Assembly: GCA_005887995.1 (NCBI GenBank)
Contig: VBJD01000025.1
Coordinates: 18,386-82,385, forward strand
Direction of reading: 5' to 3'
DNA length: 64,000 nucleotides
Source: Chloroflexota bacterium
GTDB taxonomy: Bacteria > Chloroflexota > Limnocylindria > P2-11E
The notes under the pieces were generated by a model. It was not told the DNA's origin and made no database searches. It saw only the letters and a list, made by a program, of their open reading frames with translations. Each line of letters begins with the position of its first letter. Positions within the stretch are counted from its first letter, which is position 1. This document shows positions 9,114 through 19,469 of this stretch, one piece after another. A program made the translations under genes and the position numbers.

Positions 9114-11195
9114 ATGGCCGCAGTCACGCCTGATCGGATCCGCAACGTCGCTGTCGTTGGCCACGGTGGCGCGGGCAAGACGACCCTGGTCGAAAGTCTT
9201 CTTCACGCGACCGGCGCGACGACGCGGCTCGGAAAGGTGGACGACGGCACCAGCATCCTCGACACCGACCCCGAAGAGCACAAGCGACGCATCTCGATCA
9301 ATCTCGCCGTCGCCTCGTTCCAGCTGGACGGCGTCAAGCTCAATCTCCTCGACACCCCGGGCTTCGCGGACTTCGCGGGCGACCAGCGCGCGGCACTGCG
9401 CGTCGCCGACGCGGCGATCGTGTTCGTCGACGGGTCCGCCGGCGTGCAGGTCGGAACACAGCTCGTCTGGAACGAGCTCGATAAGGCGAAGACGCCGCGC
9501 ATCGTCGTCGTCGGACGGCTCGACCGCGAGAACGCCGACTTCGACCGTGTCCTCGCGCAGCTCCGCGAGGCGTACGGCATCCGGGTCGTGCCGCTCCACG
9601 TCCCGGTCGGCCACCAACAGAGCATCTCGGGGACGATCGATCTCCTCCACGGCACGGTCCTCAAGGGACCGAAGGACGAACCGGCGCCGACGCCGGACTC
9701 GGAGAAGGATCGTGTCGGCAAGTACCGCCAGCAGCTCGTGGAGGCGATCGTCGAGACCGACGAGGAGCTCCTCACGCGTTACCTCGACGGCAAGGAGATG
9801 TCCTACGACGAGCTTCGCGACGCGCTCCACAAAGCGGTGCGCGAAGGCCAGGTGATCCCGGTCGTCGCCACGTCATCATCGAAGAACGTCGGCTACGCGG
9901 CGCTGCTCGCGACTATCAAGGAGATGCTCCCCTCGCCCGCGGAGACGGGCTCGGTCATCGGAAAGACCGCGTCGGGCGACGAGATCGCGCGCAAGGTCGA
10001 TCCGGGCGAGAAGCTCTCGGCGTTCGTCTTCAAGACGCTCTCGGACCCGTTCGTTGGAAAACTGTCTTTCGTGCGCGTGTACTCCGGGACGCTGCACCAC
10101 AACGCGCAGATCTTCGACGCCGCGAAGGGCGAGTCGGAGCGCGTCGGCCAGGTGTTCTTCGTTCGCGGCAAGGAGCAGGAGCAGACCGACGCCGTCGGTC
10201 CCGGCGATATCTGCGCGATCCCCAAGCTGACCGCGACGTCGACGAACGCGACGCTCACGGACAAGGACGCGCCGATCAAGTTCGACCCGATCGATTTCCC
10301 GTCGCCGTCGTTCTCCGTCGCGATCGAGCCGCAGTCGAAGGTCGACCTCGACAAGCTCGGGACGGCGCTCCACAAACTCACCGACGAGGACCCGTCGCTG
10401 CACGTACGCCGGGACGACGCGACGCACGAGACGATCCTCTCGGGCATCGGAGAATCGGCGATCGACACCGCGGTGCACCACCTGAAGGAGAAGTTCGGGG
10501 TGCAGGTGCTCACCCGCACGCCACGCGTCCCGTACAAGGAGTCCATCCGCCGCAAGACGCAGGCGCAGGGCCGCTACAAGAAGCAGACCGGCGGGCACGG
10601 CATGTTCGGCGACGTGTTCCTCGAGATCGAGCCCCTCGTACCCGGCAGCGGGGTCGAGTACGCGACGCGGATCGTCGGCGGCTCCGTGCCTCGTAATTAC
10701 TGGCCGGCGGTCGAGAAGGGCGTGCGCGAGGCGGCGGAGAAGGGCGTCATCGCCGGTTACCCGCTCTCCGACTTCCGCGCGACGCTGTACGACGGCTCGT
10801 ATCACCAGGTGGACTCGAACGAGATGTCGTTCCGCGTCGCGGGATCGCTCGCGCTGCAGAACTGCGTGAAGGAAGCCGACGCGTACCTGCTCGAGCCGAT
10901 CCACGAGCTCGAGGTACTCGTCCCCGAGGAACAGATGGGTGACGTGCTCGCCGATCTCAATGGACGGCGCGGGCGCGTGCTCGGGATGGAGTCGACAGGC
11001 GCGGGCTACCAGCAGATCAAGGCGCACGTGCCGCTCGCGGAGATCTTCCGCTACGCGACGGACCTTCGCTCGATGACCGGCGGCCGCGGCACGTTCACGT
11101 CGCGCTTCCTCAGCTATGAGGAGTGCCCGTCACACATCGCGCAGAAGGTGATCGCGGCGCACGAGGAGCAGGGCGAGGCGGTCGCGGCGCACTGA
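9114..11195 (+). CDS. Elongation factor G-like GTPase (EF-G paralog, EF-G2 type)
   Basis: 693-aa ORF; G1-G4 motifs (AVVGHGGAGKTTL, DTPGFADF, VGRLDRE); EF-G domains II-V (e.g. YKKQTGGHGMFGDV). Not in an rpsL-rpsG-fusA context, so likely a second EF-G copy. Confidence 0.85.
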   Translation: MAAVTPDRIRNVAVVGHGGAGKTTLVESLLHATGATTRLGKVDDGTSILDTDPEEHKRRISINLAVASFQLDGVKLNLLDTPGFADFAGDQRAALRVADAAIVFVDGSAGVQVGTQLVWNELDKAKTPRIVVVGRLDRENADFDRVLAQLREAYGIRVVPLHVPVGHQQSISGTIDLLHGTVLKGPKDEPAPTPDSEKDRVGKYRQQLVEAIVETDEELLTRYLDGKEMSYDELRDALHKAVREGQVIPVVATSSSKNVGYAALLATIKEMLPSPAETGSVIGKTASGDEIARKVDPGEKLSAFVFKTLSDPFVGKLSFVRVYSGTLHHNAQIFDAAKGESERVGQVFFVRGKEQEQTDAVGPGDICAIPKLTATSTNATLTDKDAPIKFDPIDFPSPSFSVAIEPQSKVDLDKLGTALHKLTDEDPSLHVRRDDATHETILSGIGESAIDTAVHHLKEKFGVQVLTRTPRVPYKESIRRKTQAQGRYKKQTGGHGMFGDVFLEIEPLVPGSGVEYATRIVGGSVPRNYWPAVEKGVREAAEKGVIAGYPLSDFRATLYDGSYHQVDSNEMSFRVAGSLALQNCVKEADAYLLEPIHELEVLVPEEQMGDVLADLNGRRGRVLGMESTGAGYQQIKAHVPLAEIFRYATDLRSMTGGRGTFTSRFLSYEECPSHIAQKVIAAHEEQGEAVAAH

Positions 11196-11200
11196 GCGTG

Positions 11201-11671
11201 ATGCGATCGGTCTATCGGTCGCGGATCTACCGGTCGTGGGTGCCACCGTTGCTGCGCTTCTTCGGGCCGCTGCACGTCCGTCTCTACCGGGCGCTCGGCG
11301 GCCGACTCGTCGGGCATCTCGCGCAGGGAGGCATGCCGGTCCTCCTGCTCACGACCATCGGCCGCTCCACCAGGCGTGAGCGCACGCGGCCGATCGGCTT
11401 CGTTCCTGATGGGGAATCGTGGCTCGTGGTCGGCTCGAACGGTGCGTTACCGCGGGATCCGGGCTGGATCAGCAATATCCGCGCGCACCCGTCCGTGTTC
11501 GTCGAGCTCGGCAGAGGACGTCTTGCGGCCCACGCGGCGATCCTCCAAGGTCCCGAACGAGAGCGGGCCTGGCGGACGGTGGCCTCCCGCTACCGGTTCT
11601 TCGAGACGTATCAGTCCGCTGTGAGGCGAGAGCTTCCGCTCGTACGCCTGCGCGCGAACCCTGTTAGCTGA
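11201..11671 (+). CDS. DUF385 / deazaflavin(F420)-dependent nitroreductase-family protein
   Basis: ATG at 11201 just after the EF-G stop; LLLTTIGRSTRRERTRPIGFVPDGESWLVVGSNGA...PGWISNIRAHP matches the PNPOx-like DUF385 fold. Confidence 0.65.
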   Translation: MRSVYRSRIYRSWVPPLLRFFGPLHVRLYRALGGRLVGHLAQGGMPVLLLTTIGRSTRRERTRPIGFVPDGESWLVVGSNGALPRDPGWISNIRAHPSVFVELGRGRLAAHAAILQGPERERAWRTVASRYRFFETYQSAVRRELPLVRLRANPVS

Positions 11672-12599
11672 CGTCGAGCGTGGCACGCGCGAGGGCGAGC
11701 GTCCGCGCGGCGGTCCAGCGCGCGTTGTCCCATTCCTCGCGACCGGCCTGGTACGCGATGTGGCTAATACCGATGTCCAGCTCGCAGCAGCGCAGGCGTT
11801 CCCGGAAGGCAGGTATCCGCAGGTCGATCGCCGCGTAGTGGCGCTCGACCTCTCGCCGAATGTCGATGTCGCCCCACCGCTTCGCATACCACGGCCACCA
11901 GAACGTGAGCAGGGCGACGTCGTACAGGAAGTCGCCGAAGATCGAGGCGCCCCAGTCCAGTAGGACGACGCCGTGGCCATCCGTGAGGACGTTGAAGTAG
12001 AGGAGATCGTTGTGCACGAGATGGCGCTCCTCGGGGCACGACGGCAGCAGCTGATGCATCCGCGCGAGAGCGGCGTCGAACTCGGCCGCGCCGATCCGCG
12101 AGGCGGCAAGTCGCGCGCGCTGCGCAGCGCGCTCGCCGGGCGCGTCTTCCCGCACGAGCGTGTCCCGCCACGAGGCGTGATCGCCCGCTCCATTCCCGTG
12201 CCACAGGCCGAATCCACGCGTACCGGCGAGGTCGGCCTCACGCATCGCGTCCATGGCCGCGAAAAGCGGCGGCAGCACCTCGCGCATTCCCGCGCGATCG
12301 AGGTCATCGATCGGCGTCCCGCTCACGCGCTCTGAGATGCCATAGGCACCTTGCGGTAGGTCTCCGATCTCCACGATCCGAGGTGTCCGCAGCGGCTCAG
12401 ATACCCAGCGCTGCGCGAAGCGATCTTTCTCGAGGTCGTCGCGCCGGTCGTGGAATCGCACGACGTAGTCTCGTCCGGCCTCACGGAACGCGAAGACGGT
12501 CGACCACGCGCCGCCTTTCAACGGCGTGATGTCATGCGGGTCGTGACCGCGCGCGCGGAGCTGCGTGGCCGCTTCTCCAGCGGACACCGACATCGGCAT
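11664..12599 (-). CDS. Aminoglycoside/choline kinase-like phosphotransferase (APH family)
   Basis: 311-aa ORF; Brenner-type HNDLLYFNVL catalytic loop and DWGASIFGD. Confidence 0.7.
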   Translation of the reverse strand: MPMSVSAGEAATQLRARGHDPHDITPLKGGAWSTVFAFREAGRDYVVRFHDRRDDLEKDRFAQRWVSEPLRTPRIVEIGDLPQGAYGISERVSGTPIDDLDRAGMREVLPPLFAAMDAMREADLAGTRGFGLWHGNGAGDHASWRDTLVREDAPGERAAQRARLAASRIGAAEFDAALARMHQLLPSCPEERHLVHNDLLYFNVLTDGHGVVLLDWGASIFGDFLYDVALLTFWWPWYAKRWGDIDIRREVERHYAAIDLRIPAFRERLRCCELDIGISHIAYQAGREEWDNARWTAARTLALARATLDVS

Positions 12600-12616
12600 T
12601 CGACGACGCTACGCGG

Positions 12617-13408
12617 TCAGCGGCTCCTGAGCCATTCGAGGCGGTGCGCGGTGCGCGGGGCGGACTCCCCGATGAGCGGCGCGAGCGATCCCCACGCGGC
12701 GATGCCGAGCGTGACGAGAGGCTGAAGCGCCTCGACCGCGTCTCGGTCGTGCGGCCCATATGCGTCGAGAGCGGCCCTCATCTCGTCCTCGAGCATTCCG
12801 AACACGACCCAACGGTGGATCATCGACGCGATATCCCACTCGCGCGGCCCATGGCACGCCTCGTCGAAGTCCTGCCACACGCCGCCCGCGAGCACGTTCT
12901 CGAAGTGCGCGTCTCCGTGGATCGCCTGCGCGCGGAGCGCAGGGAATTCGAGACGACGCGCGAGATCGCGGAGGAGCTCAGCGGTCTCGCCCCCCACAAG
13001 GTCGGCGATGCGCAGGGCCTCCGGCCTCGGATCGCAGGGGCGCAACGCGCCGTTGAACGCCGCGGCACCCTCATGGAACTCCCGCAAAGCGCTGCCGGCC
13101 TCACGCGGCGATGCGGTTTCGCCCGTGCGATACGTCCAGAACGTCACGTAGCGTCCGGACGCCACGTGCGGGCCCGGATCGATCACGGCCGATGGCGCGA
13201 CGGCGCGGCTGCCGAGCGCCTTCGCGAGCGCGATGCCGCCGGCGAGCGCGTCGGGCGAACGCACGAGATGCGCGAGCCGCGTGACACGCGCGACGACCGG
13301 CGCCGGCCGAAGATGCACGAGGACGTTCGTGCCGCGGCCCAGCACGATGCCCTCGTCGAAGCCGAGACCGAGCGTGCGCGCGAGTGTGGTCGCGAGCTCT
13401 TGTTCCAC
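12617..13408 (-). CDS. Second APH-family phosphotransferase (start set at GTG 13408; the track ORF extends to 13516 and would overlap the upstream peptidase gene)
   Basis: IHGDAHFENVL catalytic loop, DFDEACHGPREWDIA; tandem with the previous kinase. Confidence 0.65.
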   Translation of the reverse strand: MEQELATTLARTLGLGFDEGIVLGRGTNVLVHLRPAPVVARVTRLAHLVRSPDALAGGIALAKALGSRAVAPSAVIDPGPHVASGRYVTFWTYRTGETASPREAGSALREFHEGAAAFNGALRPCDPRPEALRIADLVGGETAELLRDLARRLEFPALRAQAIHGDAHFENVLAGGVWQDFDEACHGPREWDIASMIHRWVVFGMLEDEMRAALDAYGPHDRDAVEALQPLVTLGIAAWGSLAPLIGESAPRTAHRLEWLRSR

Positions 13409-13419
13409 GCGGCCGCGCT

Positions 13420-15276
13420 CTAGGCGGCGAGCGTGTCGTGGAGCCAGTCGAGGACGAGCGAGAAGCGGCGGATCTTCGCCTGGATGTCGACGCTGCCGTG
13501 GCCCTCGTCGTCCCACTCGACGTAGGTGAAGTCCTCGCCCTCGCGCCTACCGAGCTCGCGCAGACGATCGACGAACAGGCGCGACTGCGACACCGGGCAA
13601 CGCGGATCGTTCGTGCCGTGGAGGATGAGGAGCTTCGCGGTGACCTGATCCGCGAACTCGACCGCGCTGCGGTCGCGCCATAGCGCGCGGTCTGCCTCGG
13701 GATCGCCCATCTGCGTGCGCAGGAAGTGGCGGAAGTGCTGCTTCGACTCCGCCCACATCGCGTGAAGGTCGGTCACCCCGTATGACGGGACCGCGGCCTT
13801 CCAGAGGTGCGCCTTCTTCGTCGCGGCGATGAACGACATGAAACCGCCGTAGCTTCCGCCCATGATCCCGATGCGCTCACCGTCGACGTGCGGCAGCGAA
13901 CGCAGGTAGCGCACGGCGCCCTCGATGTCCTCGAGGTCGATGCCGCCCCAATCCTTGAGCGCGGCGTCACGATGCGGGACGCCGTAGCCGGTGCTGCCGC
14001 GAACGTTGGGCTGGATGACGAAGAACCCGCGATCGACGAGCGCTTGCGCGAACTGGTCGAAGGTGCGCGTCCACTGGCCCGTCGGTCCACCGTGCGCCTG
14101 CACCATCGCCGGACGCCGCTCACCTCGTGCGATGTCGCGCGGCGCGTAGAGGAGCGCGGGGATCTGCGTGCCGTCCGTCGAGGGATACCAGATGTGTTGT
14201 CCTTCGACGAATCGATCGGGGTCGATCGCGCCGTACTCGGGCGCGACAAGCGCCTCCATCTTTCCGCTCGCGAGGTCGTGCAGGAAGAGTCCCACGCGTG
14301 TCGCGCTCGTGTTGTGCGAGTAGGCGATGCGATCCTCGTCGACCCAATCCGCCAGACCGATCACGCCGGGTGGGATGCGCGCGACGCGCTCGCGCCCGGT
14401 CGCGATGTCGTACGAGACGAGCTCCTGGGCCGCGTCGACGAGCCGCGAGACGAGCAATTGGCGGCCTGAGGGCGACAGCTCCTCGGCGTGTTCGTCACGT
14501 GTGCCGTCGCCAAACCAGCGGACCTCGCCCGATTCGAGTGTGAGGATGCCGGCGCGCTGCGTGCCGGACGCGTCGCTCTGCACGACGACCCGCTTGCCGT
14601 CGGACAGCCAGCGCATGACGAGGTCGATGGCGCCCCTCGCGACGCGGAAGACGCGGCGCGCCTCGCTGCCATCGGGCCGCAGGACGTAGCCGTCGCGGTT
14701 GCGCGTCCCAGGCGCCTCTTCGTCGGTGTTGAAGAGCAGCCACTTCCCGTCGGGGCTCCAGCGGCCGCCGCTTGCCGGCGACGTGTACGTCGTGAGCGGC
14801 GCGAGTTCACCGCCGTCGGCGCGCATGCGCCAGACGTTCATCTGACCGGGCGTGTCGGGCTCGGACGGGTGACGTCCGTTCGAGTTCACCGTGAGCCACG
14901 CGCCATCGGGTGAGAACTCGATCGCGTGCTTCTCGCTCTTTGGGTCATTCGTGAGGCGCGTGACCTTGCCGCTGTGGGCGTCGATGCGGTAGAGGTCGTG
15001 GTTCTCGTTGCCCTTCTCGTCGCGCGCGAACACGAGCGCGGAATCGTCCGGCGTCCAGACATAGAACGAGCGCAGCGCGCGAGGCGGCTCGCCGCGCGAG
15101 AGCTGACGAACCTCGCGCGTCTTCAGATCGAGGATGTACAGCTCGATGCGGCCGCTCTTGTCCCAGTAGAACGCGACCTTGTCGCGGCGATGCGAGAGGA
15201 CCGGGTGGTACAGCGACGGCAGCGACCAGAGCTCGCGAACGTCGATGTAGCCCCGCGCCGGAGCGGTCGTCGCCAT
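13420..15276 (-). CDS. S9-family serine peptidase (prolyl oligopeptidase / acylaminoacyl-peptidase-like) with an N-terminal beta-propeller
   Basis: 618-aa ORF; TolB-like propeller repeats (DGKWLLF, PDGSEARRV); GGSYGGF nucleophile elbow with downstream D and H regions. Confidence 0.8.
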   Translation of the reverse strand: MATTAPARGYIDVRELWSLPSLYHPVLSHRRDKVAFYWDKSGRIELYILDLKTREVRQLSRGEPPRALRSFYVWTPDDSALVFARDEKGNENHDLYRIDAHSGKVTRLTNDPKSEKHAIEFSPDGAWLTVNSNGRHPSEPDTPGQMNVWRMRADGGELAPLTTYTSPASGGRWSPDGKWLLFNTDEEAPGTRNRDGYVLRPDGSEARRVFRVARGAIDLVMRWLSDGKRVVVQSDASGTQRAGILTLESGEVRWFGDGTRDEHAEELSPSGRQLLVSRLVDAAQELVSYDIATGRERVARIPPGVIGLADWVDEDRIAYSHNTSATRVGLFLHDLASGKMEALVAPEYGAIDPDRFVEGQHIWYPSTDGTQIPALLYAPRDIARGERRPAMVQAHGGPTGQWTRTFDQFAQALVDRGFFVIQPNVRGSTGYGVPHRDAALKDWGGIDLEDIEGAVRYLRSLPHVDGERIGIMGGSYGGFMSFIAATKKAHLWKAAVPSYGVTDLHAMWAESKQHFRHFLRTQMGDPEADRALWRDRSAVEFADQVTAKLLILHGTNDPRCPVSQSRLFVDRLRELGRREGEDFTYVEWDDEGHGSVDIQAKIRRFSLVLDWLHDTLAA

Positions 15277-15300
15277 GCGGTGCCCGATGGTACGCGTTCG

Positions 15301-16566
15301 TTAAGGAATGTCGACGACGATGCGACGCGAGAAGTACGAGAGCAGCCACTCGATGAGCAGCGTCGCGCGACTGCGCGTGCCGACGAGCTGCATGAGGTAG
15401 TTCGTCCGCCACACGGTCCAGGCGAGGATGCCGGAGAGCACCAGGTGACCTGGCCACTCGAACTCCGCGGCCGCGCTGGTGCGACCGAGCGCGACGAGGT
15501 CACCCTTGCGCTTGTACCGATATGGCTCAAGCGGCTCGCGGCGCACGAGGTGCGCGATGTTCTTCGCCGCCGCCGGCGCCTGGAGCACGGCGACCTGCGC
15601 GAGCATCGGGAGCGGCGCGCCGTGGTAGTCGAATGCCGCGGCGTCGCCGAGGGCCAGTACGTCGTCGCGGCCGCCCGCTCGGAAGAACTGGTCGACGACG
15701 ATCCGGCCGTCCTTCGCCTTCGGCAGATCGAGCGCCGCGAGGAGCGGGTTGGACCTCACGCCGCCGGCCCAGATGACGGTGTGCGCCTTGATGAACAGAC
15801 CGTCCTTCGTGCGCAAGCCGTCGGCCGTGACCTCCGCCGCGAGCGTCCGTAAGCGCACGTCGGTGCCGAGCTGTCGCAGACGCCGGAGCGAGATCTCCGA
15901 AAGCCGCGGGTCCATCTGCGGCACGACGCGATCCGCGCCGTCGATGAGTGTGATGCTCGGCTCGCGGCGCATGTCGATCGTCGGGTAGATCGGACGGAGC
16001 GTGTGGTCCATGAGATCGCGCATCGACGCCGAGAGCTCGACGCCCACAGGACCCGCGCCGACGATCACGAACGAGAGCAGCTCCTTGCGCTTCGCCGCGT
16101 CCGGCTCGGAACCGGCTTCCTCGAAGACCGACAGGATGCGGTGGCGCAACGCACGCCCGTCGGTCAGCCACTTCACGACCAGCGCGTGCTCCTTCACTCC
16201 AGCGATGCCGAAGTCGTTCGTCACCGAGCCTGGCGCGACGACGACGTGGTCGTACGGGAACTCGCCCTCACTCGTATGAACGACGCGCCCGGCGAGATCG
16301 ATGCCCGCGACCTCGGCTCGCACGAACCGGAAGCCATGACGCGCGAGGGGCACGCGCAGCGGATACGCGACGGCGTGCGGCGGAAGCTCCCCCGTCGCGA
16401 CCTGGTAGAGGAGCGGGGTGAAGAGATGGAAGTTGTTGCGGTCGATGAGCGTGACCTCGGCTTCGTCCGCGCGGATGCGACCGGCGAGATAGCGGATGAG
16501 GTGCAGCCCGGCGAACCCGCCGCCGATCACAACGACCCTCTTCATGCGTCGAGTGCTCGCCGCCAA
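15301..16566 (-). CDS. ndh: Type II NADH dehydrogenase (NDH-2, FAD-dependent)
   Basis: 421-aa ORF; VVVIGGGFAGL FAD motif and FVIVGAGPVGVE second Rossmann motif. Confidence 0.8.
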   Translation of the reverse strand: MAASTRRMKRVVVIGGGFAGLHLIRYLAGRIRADEAEVTLIDRNNFHLFTPLLYQVATGELPPHAVAYPLRVPLARHGFRFVRAEVAGIDLAGRVVHTSEGEFPYDHVVVAPGSVTNDFGIAGVKEHALVVKWLTDGRALRHRILSVFEEAGSEPDAAKRKELLSFVIVGAGPVGVELSASMRDLMDHTLRPIYPTIDMRREPSITLIDGADRVVPQMDPRLSEISLRRLRQLGTDVRLRTLAAEVTADGLRTKDGLFIKAHTVIWAGGVRSNPLLAALDLPKAKDGRIVVDQFFRAGGRDDVLALGDAAAFDYHGAPLPMLAQVAVLQAPAAAKNIAHLVRREPLEPYRYKRKGDLVALGRTSAAAEFEWPGHLVLSGILAWTVWRTNYLMQLVGTRSRATLLIEWLLSYFSRRIVVDIP

Positions 16567-17702
16567 CCGCGAGGCACCTTGTCATACACGATGTTCCGCA
16601 GGCCGAGCCACCGCCCGAGGCGGCGCACCTCGCGCGACACGACCTCGGCCGCGGCGGCGGTCGTGCCCCGCTCGGCGTGCAGCGCGAGCACGCGCAAGGT
16701 CCCGGTCTGGGGCTCGCGCCGCGCGTCGAAGCGCGCGACGAAGCGATCGCCGTACAGCACCGGAAGGACGTAGTAACCCCAACGACGCTTCGGCGGCGGC
16801 ACGTAGATCTCCAGCTTGTAATCGAAGTCGAAGAACTCGCGCGATCGCACGCGATCGTGGATGAGACGATCGAACGGCGAGAGCACGGAGCTGCGGCCGC
16901 GGAACCGGCGCTCGAGAAGGGGCGTCGACACGTAAAAACTCCCGCGCAGGCCTTCGACCGTCGCCTCGCGCGCCTTGCCCTCTCGGACAAGATCGGCCAG
17001 CGCCTTCTCCCACCCGCTCGGGACGTCGAACGAGGACCCGAGCTCCTTCGCTCGCGCGATGCCAAACGCGGCGAGCCGCCGCGACATCACCTCGCGCGCG
17101 GCCCGGCTCTCGCTGACGGCTCGAACGCCGCGCGGGTACCAGTCCCTGCCGAGCGCCCAGATCCGTTCCTGCCCGTCGCGGCCGACGATCGCCACCTCAC
17201 CCGTCGAGAGAAGCCCTTCGAGCATGCGCGAGACGTTCTTGTCCTTGTTCCAACCGGTCGAGACGTACGACACGCTTGCGGCGTCCGCGATCTCGCGCGA
17301 CGGGAGCGGCCCGCGCGCGAGCTGGCGGAGGACGCGTCGGCGGAAGCCGTCGTTCTCCTCCATCCACCGCACGAGGTAGTTCCGCCAGTAGTTCTGCTTT
17401 CGGCGCACCCGCGCCATCGTGTGGCGATAGATCGCCAGGTCAGCCATCGGACAGATGAACGCGAAATACTCGAAGAGCTTCCGCTCCTTCCACATGACCC
17501 GCTCGAGCTCGGCGCGGTCGAACGCGCCGAGGCGGGAGTAGAGCACGAGGTGCTCGGTGCGAGCCACGACGGCGGTGGGGTCGATCTGCACGCGGCCGAG
17601 GCCGCGCACGGTGTCGACGATGCCGTCGGGACGCTCAGCGTCGAGCAGCTGGCCCATGATGGCGAGCTGCGCGGCGCGCTCTCGGCTGAGCTGCAGCGTC
17701 AT
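16542..17702 (-). CDS. Winged-helix DNA-binding protein of the YcaQ/DUF1006 family (interstrand cross-link DNA glycosylase-like)
   Basis: ATG at 17702 gives MTLQLSRERAAQLAIMGQLLD (386 aa). The R-rich upstream part of ORF 16542..18068 overlaps the TPR gene and is rejected. Confidence 0.65.
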   Translation of the reverse strand: MTLQLSRERAAQLAIMGQLLDAERPDGIVDTVRGLGRVQIDPTAVVARTEHLVLYSRLGAFDRAELERVMWKERKLFEYFAFICPMADLAIYRHTMARVRRKQNYWRNYLVRWMEENDGFRRRVLRQLARGPLPSREIADAASVSYVSTGWNKDKNVSRMLEGLLSTGEVAIVGRDGQERIWALGRDWYPRGVRAVSESRAAREVMSRRLAAFGIARAKELGSSFDVPSGWEKALADLVREGKAREATVEGLRGSFYVSTPLLERRFRGRSSVLSPFDRLIHDRVRSREFFDFDYKLEIYVPPPKRRWGYYVLPVLYGDRFVARFDARREPQTGTLRVLALHAERGTTAAAAEVVSREVRRLGRWLGLRNIVYDKVPRGWRRALDA

Positions 17703-19462
17703 GTTCGTTTCCCCGCGGATTCGAGACGCTCGAGCTCGCCGAGGTACGACTTCGTGATCGGGTCGTTCGCGTCGAGCCGCGCCGCGCGCTCGAGCCGTGC
17801 CCTCGCGCTTGCGAGGTCGCCCGCACGAAGGTGCGCGAACCCGGCGTCTGCGAGGTACGCCGGGTCTTCCGGTCGCAGCGACGCGGCGTGGTCGAGGGCG
17901 CGCAGCGCGTCCGCGGTCTCCTCGTTCATGAGGTGCGCGACGCCGAGTTCGTGCAGCGCGTCCGGTTGATCGGGCGAGAGCTCGAGCACGCGACGGAACG
18001 CTGACTGCGCGGTCGCCGCGTCGCCGCGCTGACGCGCGACGATCCCGAGGCCGAAGTGCGCTTCCCACAGGTCCGGGTCGACGGCGAGCGCGCGCTCGAA
18101 CACGACCTTCGCATCATCGAGTGCCTTCGCGTCGCCCGCGAGCGCAGCCTGTCCGGCGCGTTCGAGATCGCGCTCGAGCGCCGGCTCACGCAGACCGAAG
18201 CGCAAACGTCGCGCGTGACCCGCGACCTCGCCCGTCACATCCGCTTGCAGGAGCCGGTCAAGCTCTGCCCCTGCGCGCTCGTGATCGCCGGACGCGATGA
18301 GCACACGCGCGAGGTTGAGGCGCACCGCGCCCGGACCTCCGCTCGCGAGCGCGTCCTCATAGTGGCGCACGGCCTCGCTCGTCTCACCGCGCGCGTGGAG
18401 CGCCGCACCGTACGACGCGTGCAGTTCCCAGCTCGTCGTACCGCGCTCGACCGCACGCGCGAACGCCGCGCCGCCTGACTCGAGGTCACCGCGCTGGAAC
18501 GAGATGATCGCGAGGAGCTCCTGCGCCGCGCCGTAGGCGTCGCTCTGCGGTGTGATCCGGCGCAGATGTGCGAGGGCTGGCGCCCGCGCGCCCGCGTTCG
18601 CGTAGAGCTCCGCGAGTCGGACGAGGTCCTTCTCGGGCAGCGCGTGGAGCGACCGCGCGTGCTCGAAGGCGACGATCGCGCCGTTGGCATCGCCGGACTC
18701 CGCGCGCAGCTGTCCCAGCAGATAGTGAGCGCGCCACGAGCGCGGCCGGACGGCGGTCAGATCCTCGAGCGCGCGTATCTCGTCCGCGAACGTGCCGCGC
18801 TCGAGCGCCTCAGCAGCGATCACGAGCACCCGCTCCTCCGGCGCGATCGCGTCCGGATCGGCGCGCACGGCATCGACGTAGCGCGCGAGCGCCGCGCGCA
18901 GCGCGGCCGCGGCGCGGCCGGCGTCCGACGGGCGCAGCAGCGTCGCGTTCACTTCCTCGTCCATCGCCTCGAGAAGCGCGGCGTATGCCTTCTCGTTCGC
19001 CACGGCTGGCGCCAGGTACTGGGGTTCTCTGGAAGCACGTGCGCCGCTCGCCTCGGCGATCCATTCGCCGATCTCGTTTTCGACGAGGTGGAGGTGTCCG
19101 GACGCGATGACGAATGCCCGGTCCTCGATCTTGGCGCGCGTCGCCACATCGATGAGGCTCGCTTCGACGCGGCGCTCGCCCTCTGATTCGACGTACATAC
19201 CGACGACGGCATGGGTCGCTCCCAGCGAGGCGCCGTACTGTGCCGCAAGATCGGGCCCCGGCGTCGAGCCGAGGATCAAGTGGCCCTCGCCACTGCCCTC
19301 CGTCGGCATCGTGACGACGAAGACCGGTCGGAGCTCGATGGTCTCGTCGGCGGGAAGTCGCTCCACGAGCCGGCGCGCGATCTGCCGCGCCCAGGCGCCG
19401 CGGCGCGCATCGGGCGCGCGCGTGCCGAACGGGACGACCGCGACGATCGGATGTGACCGCAT
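17699..19462 (-). CDS. Tetratricopeptide-repeat (TPR) protein
   Basis: 587-aa ORF; numerous TPR-like A/L/R-rich repeats (WEAHFGLGIVARQRGDAATAQSAFRRVLELSPD). The stop overlaps the start of the downstream gene (ATGA). Confidence 0.7.
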   Translation of the reverse strand: MRSHPIVAVVPFGTRAPDARRGAWARQIARRLVERLPADETIELRPVFVVTMPTEGSGEGHLILGSTPGPDLAAQYGASLGATHAVVGMYVESEGERRVEASLIDVATRAKIEDRAFVIASGHLHLVENEIGEWIAEASGARASREPQYLAPAVANEKAYAALLEAMDEEVNATLLRPSDAGRAAAALRAALARYVDAVRADPDAIAPEERVLVIAAEALERGTFADEIRALEDLTAVRPRSWRAHYLLGQLRAESGDANGAIVAFEHARSLHALPEKDLVRLAELYANAGARAPALAHLRRITPQSDAYGAAQELLAIISFQRGDLESGGAAFARAVERGTTSWELHASYGAALHARGETSEAVRHYEDALASGGPGAVRLNLARVLIASGDHERAGAELDRLLQADVTGEVAGHARRLRFGLREPALERDLERAGQAALAGDAKALDDAKVVFERALAVDPDLWEAHFGLGIVARQRGDAATAQSAFRRVLELSPDQPDALHELGVAHLMNEETADALRALDHAASLRPEDPAYLADAGFAHLRAGDLASARARLERAARLDANDPITKSYLGELERLESAGKRT

Positions 19463-19469
19463 CGCCGAG

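Noticed and set aside
9876-11027. 383-aa minus-strand ORF inside the EF-G-like gene
   Set aside because: Antisense to a gene with unambiguous GTPase motifs.
16677-17969. 430-aa plus-strand ORF antisense to the YcaQ-like gene, plus the 16542..18068 N-terminal extension
   Set aside because: Antisense and low-complexity. The extension overlaps the TPR gene, whereas an internal ATG gives a clean start with ATGA coupling.
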